Shown here: piece by piece, positions 19,067 through 29,703 of the stretch
How the letters are laid out: each line of letters starts with the position of its first letter
How positions within the stretch are numbered: the first letter of the stretch is position 1
DNA from: Pelagomonas calceolata
Lineage: Eukaryota
Assembly: GCA_918797485.1 (NCBI GenBank)
Contig: CAKKNE010000004.1
Span: 186,001 to 250,000, forward strand
Reading direction: 5' to 3'
DNA: 64,000 nucleotides
Translations under genes and position numbers: made by a program
Notes under the pieces: generated by a model
Databases searched by the model: none
What the model saw: only the letters and a program-made list of their open reading frames with translations
Told to the model about the DNA's origin: nothing

Positions 19067-20893
19067 ATGGCGCCGCAGCACGCATTACTGCTGGTCACAC
19101 TGCTCACAGATGCCCTACACCTCCCAAGACGACCATTAGTCTTCGTCACGCCGCCCGGCTGGGCCGCGGCCGACCGCCGCGCCGACCTCGAACGCGTCGC
19201 GCGCGCCGCGGCGAAGGGCGGCGCGTCGCTGGTGCAGCTGCGCGACGCCGACGCGTCGAGGGACGAGTTGCAATCCGCCGCCGCCGCCGTGCGAGACGCG
19301 TTGCAAGGTACGGACTGCTCCGTAGTAATCAACGGCGTCGAACACCTGCCCGAGCGAAAGTGGCGAGCAGCAACAGAGCGACCAAATGGCCCGCTGGGCT
19401 GCTCGGCGCATTCGGTGGAGGCGGTCCTCGCGGCCGCCGCGTTGGGTGCGGACTACGTGCAGCTCGGCACCATGTTCGCGACGCAGACGCACCCCGGAAA
19501 AATACCCGAGGGGCCCGGCCTCGCGACCGAGTGCCGCCGCGCGCTCGACGAGCGAGAAGCGCCGCCTTTGTTGATCGGCGTCGGCGGCGTCGACGCGACG
19601 AACGCTGCAAAACTCATCGAGGCGGGCTGCGACGGCGTCGCGGTGATTCGGGGTATTTCGGATGCGCGCGACCCGGAGGCCGCGGCGCGGGCCATCTGCC
19701 GGGCGCTCGCCGGCGCCGGCACCCGTATTTCGAAGGCCGCCCAAAATACCAGAGCTGAGACGACCGCCCAAAATGCGGCGGACGTGCGTGAGCTGATGCG
19801 GACGCGGCTCTCCATGACCGAGGCGGAGCTGGATAGGATGGTGCGGCGTCGGCCCTTGGGCGCCAGAGCGACAGCGGAGCCGAAGCTCGACTGGCTACAG
19901 ACGCGCCTCGAACTAAGCGACGCGGGGCTGAAGAAGATGGTTCTGATGCAGCCGCAACTGCTGACGCAGAGCGTCGAGAAAATGGAGTCGAATTGTGACT
20001 GGCTACAGCGACGCCTCGACCTGGACGATTCGGGACTGAAGAAGGTCGTGTTGGAGAATCCGTCTCTACTGGCCTTCAGCGTCGAGGACAACATGGCGCC
20101 GAAGCTCAACTGGCTACAGGATCGTCTTAATTTGGACGCGGCGCAGCTAAAGAAGGTGGTGCTAGGGCGCCCGTCATTGCTGGGCTACAGCGTCGAGGAC
20201 AACATGGCGCCGAAGCTGGATTGGCTGCAGACGCGCCTCGAACTGGACGCGGCGCAACTAAAGAAGCTTGTTGTGGCGCAGCCGACACTGCTGGGCTACA
20301 GCGTCGATGCCAACATGGCGCCGACACTCGACTGGCTGCAGACACGTCTGGACCTGGACGACGCGGGGCTGAGGAAAGTGGTTCTGGTGAAACCTCAACT
20401 GCTGAACTACAGCGTCGAGGACAACATGGCGCCGACACTCGAGTGGCTCCAGACGCGTCTCGACCTGGATGACGAACAGCTGAGAAAGGCGGTTCTGAGG
20501 CTTCCGCCGCTGCTGGGCTACAGCGTCGAGGACAACATGGCGCCGAAGCTCGAGTGGCTACAGACGCGTCTCGAACTGGACGAGGCGCAGCTGAGGAAGA
20601 TGGTTTTGACGCTTCCGGCACTGCTAAGCTATAGCGCCGAGACCAACATGGCGCCGAAGCTCGCCTATCTTGAGCGGGAAACCGGCCTCTCGCGTTCCGA
20701 GCTTCGCGATCGCGTTCTGATATTTCCACAAATTATCAGCTACAGTCTAGAAAAGCGATACCGCCCGCGCCTCGAGGCGTGCCGCGCGGCCGGCGTCGAC
20801 GCGGAGTACGTCCTCACCTACGTCTCGAAAACGGACGAGAAATTCTACGAGCTCCTCGAGAAGAAGAAGGACGCCGTCGGGGAAACAATGTGA
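19067..20893 (+). CDS. Thiamine-phosphate synthase/TenI-like TIM barrel fused to mTERF repeats
   Basis: VQLRD, GCSAHS, GADYVQLG.MFATQTHPG, GVGGVD..N...GCDGVAVI; then eight 37-aa mTERF-like repeats, in one ORF. Confidence 0.85.
   Translation: MAPQHALLLVTLLTDALHLPRRPLVFVTPPGWAAADRRADLERVARAAAKGGASLVQLRDADASRDELQSAAAAVRDALQGTDCSVVINGVEHLPERKWRAATERPNGPLGCSAHSVEAVLAAAALGADYVQLGTMFATQTHPGKIPEGPGLATECRRALDEREAPPLLIGVGGVDATNAAKLIEAGCDGVAVIRGISDARDPEAAARAICRALAGAGTRISKAAQNTRAETTAQNAADVRELMRTRLSMTEAELDRMVRRRPLGARATAEPKLDWLQTRLELSDAGLKKMVLMQPQLLTQSVEKMESNCDWLQRRLDLDDSGLKKVVLENPSLLAFSVEDNMAPKLNWLQDRLNLDAAQLKKVVLGRPSLLGYSVEDNMAPKLDWLQTRLELDAAQLKKLVVAQPTLLGYSVDANMAPTLDWLQTRLDLDDAGLRKVVLVKPQLLNYSVEDNMAPTLEWLQTRLDLDDEQLRKAVLRLPPLLGYSVEDNMAPKLEWLQTRLELDEAQLRKMVLTLPALLSYSAETNMAPKLAYLERETGLSRSELRDRVLIFPQIISYSLEKRYRPRLEACRAAGVDAEYVLTYVSKTDEKFYELLEKKKDAVGETM
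19878..20770 (+). repeat. mTERF-like 111-bp coding tandem repeats (about 8 units)
   Basis: MAPKL.WLQTRL.LD...L.K.V...P.LL.YSVEDN. Confidence 0.9.
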
Positions 20894-20913
20894 TGAATAA
20901 ATACTGTTGTGTG

Positions 20914-21927
20914 TTACCAGGTCGCAAACTTTGGGTCCGGCGCGGCCTCGAGGTCCTCGACGCCCGCAGGCTCGGGGCACTCGTCGAGGAGCCAGGACTG
21001 CAGATCGAGCGGCGACGTGAAGACGTCCTCGCCGCCCAGGCCCAACGCGCGCATTCGATGATGCGCGGCCGAGCCGAGCGCGGACTGGGCAGCCGCTAGT
21101 ACCGCAGACACATCTTCCACTGCCGGCGAAGCACCCATTCTCCGGAACCCCTTCAAATGGGACCAGGAAGACGGGTGCTCCCGCGGGTCCGCGTCCAGTT
21201 CAATAATGAACCTGTGTAGATATCAAATTTCGCGGCGCGTCTCCGCCACTGCCGAGTCTAACATTCACGCCATCAACGCGACGCCTGCTCGATGGCGTGG
21301 AGGCGTCGCGTCGATGGCGTGGCAGTGTGGGTCTTACACCACTCGATTCAGTCATCACGGCCGCTTTGTCGACGAAGGTGCATCCGACTCACTGGTTGAT
21401 TTCCACACAGTAATGAACGAGCCGGCGCAGTTGTCCCGCAGCACCGCGGCCGCGGCGTCGGCGGCGGCAGACCCCACGCAGACGCACGACACGCAGTCCA
21501 GCGCCTCCGCGAGGGCCGTCAACGACCCGGGGATGTCGTCCTTCACGAGGTCGCCGCAGACGCCGCGCTGAATCCCGTAGGGCGGCCCGCCCTCCTCGTA
21601 GAACGAGCAGGCGTTCTTCAGCCTCTGCTCCGTCGTCGCGTCCACGGACCGGCGCGGGTCCAATCCACCCATGAAGTCGGAGGACAGCGTCGACGACAGC
21701 GTCCGCCGCTCGAACGGATCTTTAAGGAGCGCCACCGGCTCCTTGAGCCCCGAGGCCCAGAGCCCCTTGAGCCGCTGCAGGTAGCCGTAGGTCGTCGCGC
21801 CGAGCTGCGTGCCGCAGGACAGGACGCCGACGTTTTCGCGGCCGCGGGCCGGGTCTTTGGCTGCGCCGCGCGGCGTCAGCGCTGATACCGTTTGCAGTGC
21901 ATAGATGAGGAGGAATTGGAGACGCAT
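20914..21927 (-). CDS. Hypothetical signal-peptide protein; exons 21927-21419 and 21211-20914, 268 aa
   Basis: Removing the introner restores the frame (...CAGSFIIELDADP...LKGFRRM). Confidence 0.8.
21204..21418 (-). mobile_element. Introner: element 21212-21410 (199 bp), perfect TSD TAATGAAC; intron 21418->21212
   Basis: TIRs CTGTGTAGATATCAA / TTGATTTCCACACAG; TSD at 21204-21211 and 21411-21418 reads GTTCATTA on the gene strand. Confidence 0.95.
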
Positions 21928-22220
21928 CGTTGGGCGTGGTTCGCTTCGTTCGACGCGTATCGTCTCTGTAGCAGGGAGAGCCCTTTAGGATTTTTTGTCC
22001 AGAGACTTGCACTGGAAGCTCGGAGAGGGCTGTGGCGGAGAGCAGAGACCTAAGATCGCTCCACGGCAGCCTTGCTAGCATCGATTGTACAGCGCAACCG
22101 CTTCGATTGGCGTCTGGCTTTGCTTGCTAGTGTGTTACAGGCCGCTAGCTAAAGGTGCTTTTGCGGACGCAGTACTCCCGTCAGCCCGAATCAATGCGTC
22201 TACAGACCGCAGGAATAGTA

Positions 22221-22988
22221 ATGTTCGCAATGCGGGCGCGAGCGCTGCTCGCACCCATGCGTACGCGCGTGTCTGCCGGCGCTGCCAGCCGCTGCAAGTC
22301 CTCGCAGCGATTGCGGACGCTTGCGGCGTCGCGCGCGGACCTGGAGGGTCTAACGGTGCCCGTGCTAAAAGATAGACTTCGAGCACAAGGTTTGAAAGTC
22401 GGCGGAAAGAAACAGGAGCTCGTCGAACGCCTCCTCGAGAGCGCGCCCGCGCCCGCGGCGCCCGCAGCGCCCGCAGCGCCCGCACCGGTCAAGCAGACGA
22501 AGCCTCGACGCGGCGACGGCCGCCCGCACGCGAACCCGCACAACGCCGAGCGCTGCGAGGCCGAGATCGTGTCGTTCGGGCCGCTGGGAGCCTCCGTCGT
22601 CGTCGAGTTCCGCGACGGAAGATTCGGGGAGGGGCTCGTCCTGCAGAAGGAGCTCCAATATTTACGAGAGTCGCGGCGGGGCGCGGGAGCGGAGCTTGGG
22701 GAGATGGTGTCGGCGTTTGCGGCGCCGTCGCCGACCGTCGAGGACAAGTACGACGTCTTCCTGCGGCCGCCGTCGGCGGAAGGGAAGAATCGCGACGCCG
22801 CGGCGCTGATCCTCGCGGAATTAGAACGGCGCGGCGGCAAGCTCGACGTCGGCGACAAATCCTCACCCGAGGACATCGCTGCGATTTTACCGGGCCTCTC
22901 GAAGTCCGTCTTCAAGAACGCCGTCGGCAACCTGTACCGCGCGAAGAAGGTCGTGCCGGGGCGGCACGAGGTGCGACTGGCGGAGTAA
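22221..22988 (+). CDS. SAP domain + S1-like + CvfB-type winged-helix nucleic-acid-binding protein
   Basis: LTVPVLKDRLRAQGLKVGGKKQELVERL (SAP); GDKSSPEDI...GLSKSVFKNAVGNLYR (CvfB C-terminus); start uncertain. Confidence 0.75.
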   Translation: MFAMRARALLAPMRTRVSAGAASRCKSSQRLRTLAASRADLEGLTVPVLKDRLRAQGLKVGGKKQELVERLLESAPAPAAPAAPAAPAPVKQTKPRRGDGRPHANPHNAERCEAEIVSFGPLGASVVVEFRDGRFGEGLVLQKELQYLRESRRGAGAELGEMVSAFAAPSPTVEDKYDVFLRPPSAEGKNRDAAALILAELERRGGKLDVGDKSSPEDIAAILPGLSKSVFKNAVGNLYRAKKVVPGRHEVRLAE

Positions 22989-23297
22989 TTGTGTGTGGCT
23001 ATTAGTCTCCGTATCATCTACTCGTATCGACCACGACGCCCGCGGGCTCACTGCGCGCGGCGCGCTCTTCGCAGCCAAACGGGTTTCGTTCTTTTGGACA
23101 GTTGTCAGCCAGTTATCTAGAGGGCTCTTGGAGGGCGTGCGCCGCGCCGCGCCCGTGCTGCACCATTGCCTCGGGCCCGAGCCCATGCTGCCGCGAAACC
23201 GCCGCCGACACTTCTCCGAGCCCGCGAGCCTCGCCCGGCGCCCGAAACACCGTCGGACGAACGCGGACGCCGTCGAGGATGCGCGCGTAGCCTATCG

Positions 23298-23507
23298 ATG
23301 TTCAGGACCCCAGACCCGGCTAACGCGGGCACCTTCATCGACCCTCCGCCGCCTTCGAACGACGACGTGCCGCCGCCGCCGCGCGCGCGCGCGAGGCGTC
23401 GTGCCGCCGCCGAGGAGGCCGTGGAGGAGGATGCGCCGCAGCCGCCGCCGAAGAAGCCGAGGAGACGCTCGCCGCGGAACTTCACAGAGGATATGAAGTA
23501 TTGGTAA
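23298..23507 (+). CDS. Small hypothetical protein (69 aa)
   Basis: ATG ORF with coding-like bias; weak support. Confidence 0.3.
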   Translation: MFRTPDPANAGTFIDPPPPSNDDVPPPPRARARRRAAAEEAVEEDAPQPPPKKPRRRSPRNFTEDMKYW

Positions 23508-23690
23508 TGTCTAGTACTCTACGCTCGTAAGACTACGGGGGCTGCGCCTTACTCAAACGAAGAGCTTCCGCCGCGCCCGGACCGAGTCCCTCCAACTATG
23601 CGTCCCGAGATCGACGTGTGATTCCAGACCGCCGAACGTTGAATCGTATTTCCTCTCTCGAGCCATCCCTCGACTAAAGCATTATAAACA

Positions 23691-24221
23691 CTACTTGCAC
23701 CGTGACGTTACGGCCGGGGGAGGCGCGCGCCGCCGCGCATCGCGCACGAGGCCCTCGATGTGCCGCGCGTCGCCCGCGGCAAGCTTCGCCGCCCGCGCGC
23801 AGGCCCGCACCTTCTTCTCGGCCGCCTGGCACCGCTTCAGCGCGGTCTTGGACCGCTCCGCGAGGGACGCCACCAGGCGCGAGTCGTGATCGCGCGCGGC
23901 CTGCTTCCGCGCGAAGCGTTGGTTCTGCCGCGCGCGGACCGCCTCGTCTCGTTTCGACTGGGCCTCGCGCCGCTCCCGCGCCAACCTATCGGCCTTCAAT
24001 TGTTCCGTCTTGCGCCGGCGCGCCTGGAGCAGGGCCGTCTCCTCGTCGGCGGCGCCGTCGTAGCAGGCCACGACGTCGTCGATCGTCACGCCGCGACCCG
24101 CGAAGTTCTTCGCGCAGCGCCAGCTCGTGACGTTGTTTTCAGCTCCCAATTACTGCGGCGAGTTCGACAACTCGGGCGCGGTCATGAGCGTCGACGCGTC
24201 GCTGATGTGCAGCTTCCACAT
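23691..24221 (-). pseudogene. Hypothetical coiled-coil ORF interrupted by an in-frame TAA (24150-24152)
   Basis: MWKLHISD...SPQ*LGAENN... two collinear same-frame ORFs. Confidence 0.4.
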
Positions 24222-24518
24222 CCTCAAGCCGCGGTCGGCCGCGCCGGGCACGCCGGACACCGTCGGCCGCGGCGCGCGGTGAGAGCCGCGCGCGCCTGTA
24301 TCTATAGAGTTTAATCGCTCGGTTCCGCCAGGTAGTTTCACTCTCGCGTCCGGATCGCGTCAGCCCAAAACCCGACCTCGAGCGCGCTTACGCGCTGCTC
24401 GATGAATCGGCGACGCGCGGTCTCCCCCCGCCCTGGGCAGGGGCTCCGCCCACTAATCCTAGCACCGTAACAAATTTCAGACGACTATATTTACTTCCCT
24501 ACCACCTAGCACTCTACT

Positions 24519-27062
24519 CTACCACCCGTCCGGCCCCGCCCGCCGCACGGACCGCTGCGACTGCGACACCGTCCCGCTCATCATACCCCCGCCACCCATC
24601 AACGCCGCCAATGATAGCCCGCCCCGCGGTCGCGGCGTCGCCGGCGCGCCCGGCGCCGCGTCTTGTTGCTCGCACCACGCGCGTAGGGCATCTAACTTCG
24701 GCGGAATATATAAAGTGCGCCGCGCGCGCGTCACGGCCACGTGCCAGGCATTAATTTCCTCGGCGTGGACAAACGACACCGGGTCCCCCAGATCATCGAC
24801 GAAGGGAGCAAAATCATCATGCACCACAACCGTGTCCCACTCCAGACCCTTGGCTTTATGGGACGTCGTGAACACGACCGCGCGCTGCCTCCCCTCCTCC
24901 GTCGCGCCGCGCTGGGCCGCCCGCCGCAACGCCGCGGCGAGCTTGCCCGCCTGGGGGCCCCACCTTCGACATAATTCAAAGGCGTCTCTGACATTGCGCT
25001 CGACGAGACTCCCCTTGCCATCACCCGAATCTTCGTCCTGGACGGCGCGCTCCAACTCCGGAAAACTCGACCACTTGCGCACGGCCCGCGACTCCGGCGG
25101 CCGACCCGCCCTCAGGTCGGCGACGTCCTCGAGCGTCCGCAACTGGTTGGCCAGCAACTGTTGTCCTTTATCGCCGGCGAAGGCGATGGCCGCGTCCTCG
25201 GCGAAGGGATCGAACGTCGCGTCGTCCCCCTTCTCCGGCGCGAGACCACACACCTTCGCCGCCGCGTCGACGGCGCCCCGGTTCGACCGGCAGATATAGG
25301 CGTAGGGCGGCGTCGGCAGGCCGCTCTCCCCCCACGACTTGACGACGGAGTCCTTCTCTGAAGAACCTTTGGGCCCCAGTCCGACGACAGGCGTGTACGA
25401 AAAGGTCCGGTCGTAGCGCCGCTTCGTCGCGAGCAACCGATTCGCCTCGCGCGCGATCGACGGCCCGAACCGAAAGCTTCGAGCTAACGCGAACTCCGTG
25501 TCCGCCTCGCCGAACCGCGCCGTGTCCCTTAATGCATCCGCCGAAGCTCCTCTAAAACCATATAAAGCTTGCGCGGGATCGCCCACGAGCACGACAGCCG
25601 TCGGGCCCCGCTTCCTCTGGATGTCGACGACGGCCAACATACATTCATCTAGATCCTGGGCCTCGTCCAGCAATAACACGTGGGGCGGCGGCCCGCCGCC
25701 CCAGCCCCACCCCAATTTCTCGTCCGGGTGCTGGCGCAGGCGCTTGAGGGCCACCTTCTGCATCACGTTCTGCGTACAAGCGATCGTCGCGTCGTCGGGG
25801 TCCGCGGCCCGCTTATAAAGCTCCTTCGCCCAGCGCGAGCAGTAGGGTCTCAAGCTACCAGAAGGAGGCGCGTGTTTCGATCTAAAAGCGTCGTCGGCTC
25901 GCACTACATCTCTTGGAACGTGCTTTTCTTTGACGTCGTCATCCGCAGAATTGCAGAAGTTCTCGACCGTGCGCCAGGCGCTTCGCGCCAAGGATCTCCT
26001 CAGCGTGTCCGCGGCCTTCTGCTTCGCTTCTCGATCTCCCTTGAGTTTTTGCGACGAGATGCGGTCCTCGGCAATGTCGCCCAGGCCCAGAGCGTCGAGG
26101 ATGGTCGCGAGGGCCTCCATGGTCTGGGGCAATCGCGTCGGGCACTCGAGGCGGTCGCGGCCGGCGTCGCGCTCGCCCTTTTGGACGAAGGCCAGTAAAG
26201 CGGAGTTGATGGACCGCGCGTCGACGCCGTATCTAGTGGTACGCCCGCCGAAGCGCTGGGCCGCGTCGGCGGCGGCCGAGCGGTTGAAGGTCCAGTAGCT
26301 GAGCTTGAGCCAGGGCTGCTCGCCCTCCTTGGGCTTCGCCTGTGTGGGAAGGCTCCCGTACGCGCCTGCTGCCCGTCCCTCGTCACACGCGTCGACGGTC
26401 CGCGGGTCGCGTCGACGTATATGGACGCCGGGCCGCGCTGACGCCGCGAGGTTCGCCGCGAGCGCCGCGAGCGTCGTCGTCTTGCCCGTCCCGGCGTGCG
26501 CCACGACCCGCACGAGCTTGCCGCGGCGGTCCGCGGCCCAGGCCGGCGGCCGCCAGGCCGCGACGGCGCGCTGGTCCGCCGTGAGCTGGCACGGGACGGG
26601 CGGCGGCGCCGGTGGCGCGCGTGTCGTGCCGCCCGTGCTGCCGCTCCGGGGCGGCGCCCGCGTCGTGCCGCCCGTGGAACCGCTCGTCGCCGTCCGGGCC
26701 TTGGCCTGGCTCGCCTCGAAGGCCGCCGCCGCCTCGGCCTCGCGCTCCCGCCGCAGCTCGTCCTCGTCCTCGGGCTCAACGTCCCATTCCGGCGTCGGGG
26801 GCCGCGGCGTCGGCGCGGCGCCGCGGCGCCGCGGTTGTTTTTGCGACGGCTGCGTCAGGCGCGCGTTCTCGCGGAGCACGGGCCGCGCCTCGGCGCAGGG
26901 CCGCTTCGCCGGGCGCTGCGGCGGCCGCGGCTTCGCCGCGCGGCTCTTCTTCTGGGCCGGCGGCGCCACCGTCGGCGCGACCTCGTAGGTGACCTCCTCC
27001 TCGCTGTCGTCGGACTCTACTATCCTCCGGCGGCGGCGTTGCGGGCGGTTGGGCGCTTGCAT
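24519..27062 (-). CDS. SF1 UvrD/REP-type DNA helicase (FBH1-like)
   Basis: AHAGTGKTT, TFNR, LLDEAQD, VGDPAQALYGFRGA, SFRFG, TSHKAKGLEWD, VAVTRARR. Confidence 0.92.
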   Translation of the reverse strand: MQAPNRPQRRRRRIVESDDSEEEVTYEVAPTVAPPAQKKSRAAKPRPPQRPAKRPCAEARPVLRENARLTQPSQKQPRRRGAAPTPRPPTPEWDVEPEDEDELRREREAEAAAAFEASQAKARTATSGSTGGTTRAPPRSGSTGGTTRAPPAPPPVPCQLTADQRAVAAWRPPAWAADRRGKLVRVVAHAGTGKTTTLAALAANLAASARPGVHIRRRDPRTVDACDEGRAAGAYGSLPTQAKPKEGEQPWLKLSYWTFNRSAAADAAQRFGGRTTRYGVDARSINSALLAFVQKGERDAGRDRLECPTRLPQTMEALATILDALGLGDIAEDRISSQKLKGDREAKQKAADTLRRSLARSAWRTVENFCNSADDDVKEKHVPRDVVRADDAFRSKHAPPSGSLRPYCSRWAKELYKRAADPDDATIACTQNVMQKVALKRLRQHPDEKLGWGWGGGPPPHVLLLDEAQDLDECMLAVVDIQRKRGPTAVVLVGDPAQALYGFRGASADALRDTARFGEADTEFALARSFRFGPSIAREANRLLATKRRYDRTFSYTPVVGLGPKGSSEKDSVVKSWGESGLPTPPYAYICRSNRGAVDAAAKVCGLAPEKGDDATFDPFAEDAAIAFAGDKGQQLLANQLRTLEDVADLRAGRPPESRAVRKWSSFPELERAVQDEDSGDGKGSLVERNVRDAFELCRRWGPQAGKLAAALRRAAQRGATEEGRQRAVVFTTSHKAKGLEWDTVVVHDDFAPFVDDLGDPVSFVHAEEINAWHVAVTRARRTLYIPPKLDALRAWCEQQDAAPGAPATPRPRGGLSLAALMGGGGMMSGTVSQSQRSVRRAGPDGW

Positions 27063-28860
27063 TTTTGCGGTCGGCTCAGTGCGTTTTTTTTGCTGTGGGC
27101 TTTGCAGCGCCTGGCGCGGCGCGGGGAGCGAATGAAACCGCCGGCTCTTCGCACAGCCGTGGTGTGTAGCCCTCGCAGCACTGCTGCTGGCCGGCTTCAG
27201 GCCTGAAGCCGCCGTGCGCCGCAATAGGGCGCCGAACCGCGCTTGGGCCGGCTGGGACCGATCGTAGCGGTGTAAGACACTAGCCAGCAAACTCGAACGC
27301 GCATGCAGCCGTTTGAGCATCCTTCAGTTCGCTACTGGTCCAAAGTGACAAATGGGACACTTCCTGGGGGGCGAAAAAGGTAATTTTTTTAATTCGCGAT
27401 TTTGACGTCTCCGCCGTGACGGCCGCGTCGATGGAATCCTGTCCATCCACGGCCCGGAGGTCTCCCTGGGGTCGCCTAGGGTCGGTATTAGACGTGCGCA
27501 ACCGCCTACGCCGCCGCTGCCAGCGTAAGATACATCTCCCAAGGTCCTTTGCGCTCCAGTGCACCGGACCACGATTTGCCAAAGTTTTGGATCCAGAGCT
27601 CTCCGGAGAGCCCCAAGCACCGGCGCATGCGGCGTAGGGGACCACCCGACCCCAGACCTGTCCCGGAGGGCGCCCGCGAGCCGATCTACATCCGAAAAAA
27701 GTAAATAGTTTGGACCCGATGGCGCCCCGTCCCCGTAAAAAACGTTAATTACCCGAGGCCCCCCAGGAATCGTAATAGCGGTCTCGTCGGACCCCGTACT
27801 ACCCCAGCGATAGTCAATTACAAGTATATGACATCTACATTATAAGAAGGGTACTTTTGGCTGCCCACGCCCGGGACGTGAACATCTTTATCTGGACCTC
27901 GCGCAAGTCGGTCGGTCATGGAACAAACGATCGCATCATGGTTCATGGTGATGGTACACGGGCTGATGGTCGCAGTTCCAGTTTTCTGTGCCATATTGAA
28001 GCGATCGTGCGGTCGGGAGACCGAGAAGGCGCGGAGACCCTAAGGTGAAAGAAATCAAATGTAGTAGTCGCTCAGGCCGGTTATCTGGCCCGTCCCACAA
28101 CTAAAGCGCCTGAAACGCAAATTTATTTTACAACTCACCGGTCTGGGGCCTTTCCGGTGCTCCGTCTACGCACCGTCGTCCGCGGAGAACGGGCAAGTCG
28201 GTCGATCGTGAATAGAACAACGGCGTTATGGTCCATCTGGGTGGCGGCGTCGCTGATACTCGCAGGTTTATGTCTTGTGGCCACAACGCGGATTCGTGGG
28301 TCGCGGATTCGTCGTTTCGCGCGGCTCTAACGGAGCCCCTAATATAGATAGGCAACTGTACTAGCGCTCTAGATGGACTATACCACTAACAAACGGATTA
28401 AAACGAACATAAACTCGGGAGTTGTCTAGTAGAATTCTTTTCCCGCCCTCCGAGCGCGGGCCGTCGGCTCCGGTTCCGCCGATTGTGTATGAAAACTGGG
28501 CTGGAGTTGATATAATGTATCATCTGGACGGTAGATGGCGGCGTCAATCGCTGGTGTATTTTGGCAAGTCTTAAGACTCATTCGCGAATGTCGCGGGCGG
28601 TGCCTTCCGGGAGGCGCGAGGGTATGTTCCCGGGCCGCTACTCTGAAATAATTGGTCGCAGCGGACGACTAGGATGTATTCTGAATTTGGGTCACTCTTT
28701 TGACGCTATCGAAGCGTATCTTTGAATTTGCTAGAATGTCGTTACGCTAGGTTATTACTACTTTCACAGACTTACTAGTAGAACTCCAGACATCAATCTA
28801 CACAAGTAGAAGCTACCGCAAGACGGCGCCGTCGACGCGAGAATAAAACAAAAGACTTAC

Positions 28861-29703
28861 TTACCCGAGCGAGTACGCCACGCGCGAAGCTTCGCCCCGC
28901 AGCGCCTCCCGCGGCATTTTTGGAGAAGCGTGGTCCGGCGCCCAGGCCAACACTTTCGTCGGGCACTCGAGAGTTTCATCATCCTTCTTCGACGGCACGT
29001 TCAAGGAGACATATCCGCGACTCTTGCCGTTCCAGGGGTTGATGTCGGCCATGGCCTCCCACAACAGTTGAGTCGGCACCCAGTGGGGCGGGTACTTGAA
29101 GCGCGCCGTATCCAGCACCAGGACCATGTCCGACGACGGCGCGAGCCCGGCGACCGGCGAGAAGTGGCCCTCGCCCGTCTGGCCCAGGACACTTCTATTG
29201 TAGCTCGCAACTAAAACACCATCTTCCAACTCCCCGTCCGACTCGTCCTCGCCGACGCACGCCTTCTCGACGGCCTCGCGAAACGTTTCTATATCAGACT
29301 CGCCGGCGCGTATTGGCCTCGCTTCGGCGCCGTTCCATCTAGCGACACCAGCAAATTCATCAAAAGACATGCCGTCGCGTTCAAAAGTTTCCAAAGGGAC
29401 GTGGGACTCCAACATAGCATCGGTGTACCACCTCCAGACGCCCTTCCATCTCCGTCGAGGGTCCACGCCTAACGCATTGAGCGACATTGACAACGTCGTG
29501 ATGCCGCAGAAGGACGGCTCGGACTGGGTCTCGTAGGTCTCAGCCAAAGCAAAGTAGCTCTTGAGGCCGTTCGACGCGAGCGCCTCCTTGAACAACACGC
29601 GGCCCGCGGGGCTCGAGAGCGCGGGCAGGTGGCGCGGCAGCGGGCGGCGGTAGAAGGTCTGGCTGAGCGAGCGGCGCGCGAGGCGGGAGGACGTTCCCGC
29701 CAT
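28861..29703 (-). CDS. PCS: Phytochelatin synthase (catalytic domain only)
   Basis: TQSEPSFCG (Cys), WKGVWRW, GHFSP (His), LDTARFKYPPHWV (Asp). Confidence 0.95.
   Translation of the reverse strand: MAGTSSRLARRSLSQTFYRRPLPRHLPALSSPAGRVLFKEALASNGLKSYFALAETYETQSEPSFCGITTLSMSLNALGVDPRRRWKGVWRWYTDAMLESHVPLETFERDGMSFDEFAGVARWNGAEARPIRAGESDIETFREAVEKACVGEDESDGELEDGVLVASYNRSVLGQTGEGHFSPVAGLAPSSDMVLVLDTARFKYPPHWVPTQLLWEAMADINPWNGKSRGYVSLNVPSKKDDETLECPTKVLAWAPDHASPKMPREALRGEASRVAYSLG

Noticed and set aside
19878..20770. Regularly spaced repeats resembling a CRISPR array
   Set aside because: In-frame 111-bp coding mTERF units with synonymous variation; no unique spacers or cas genes
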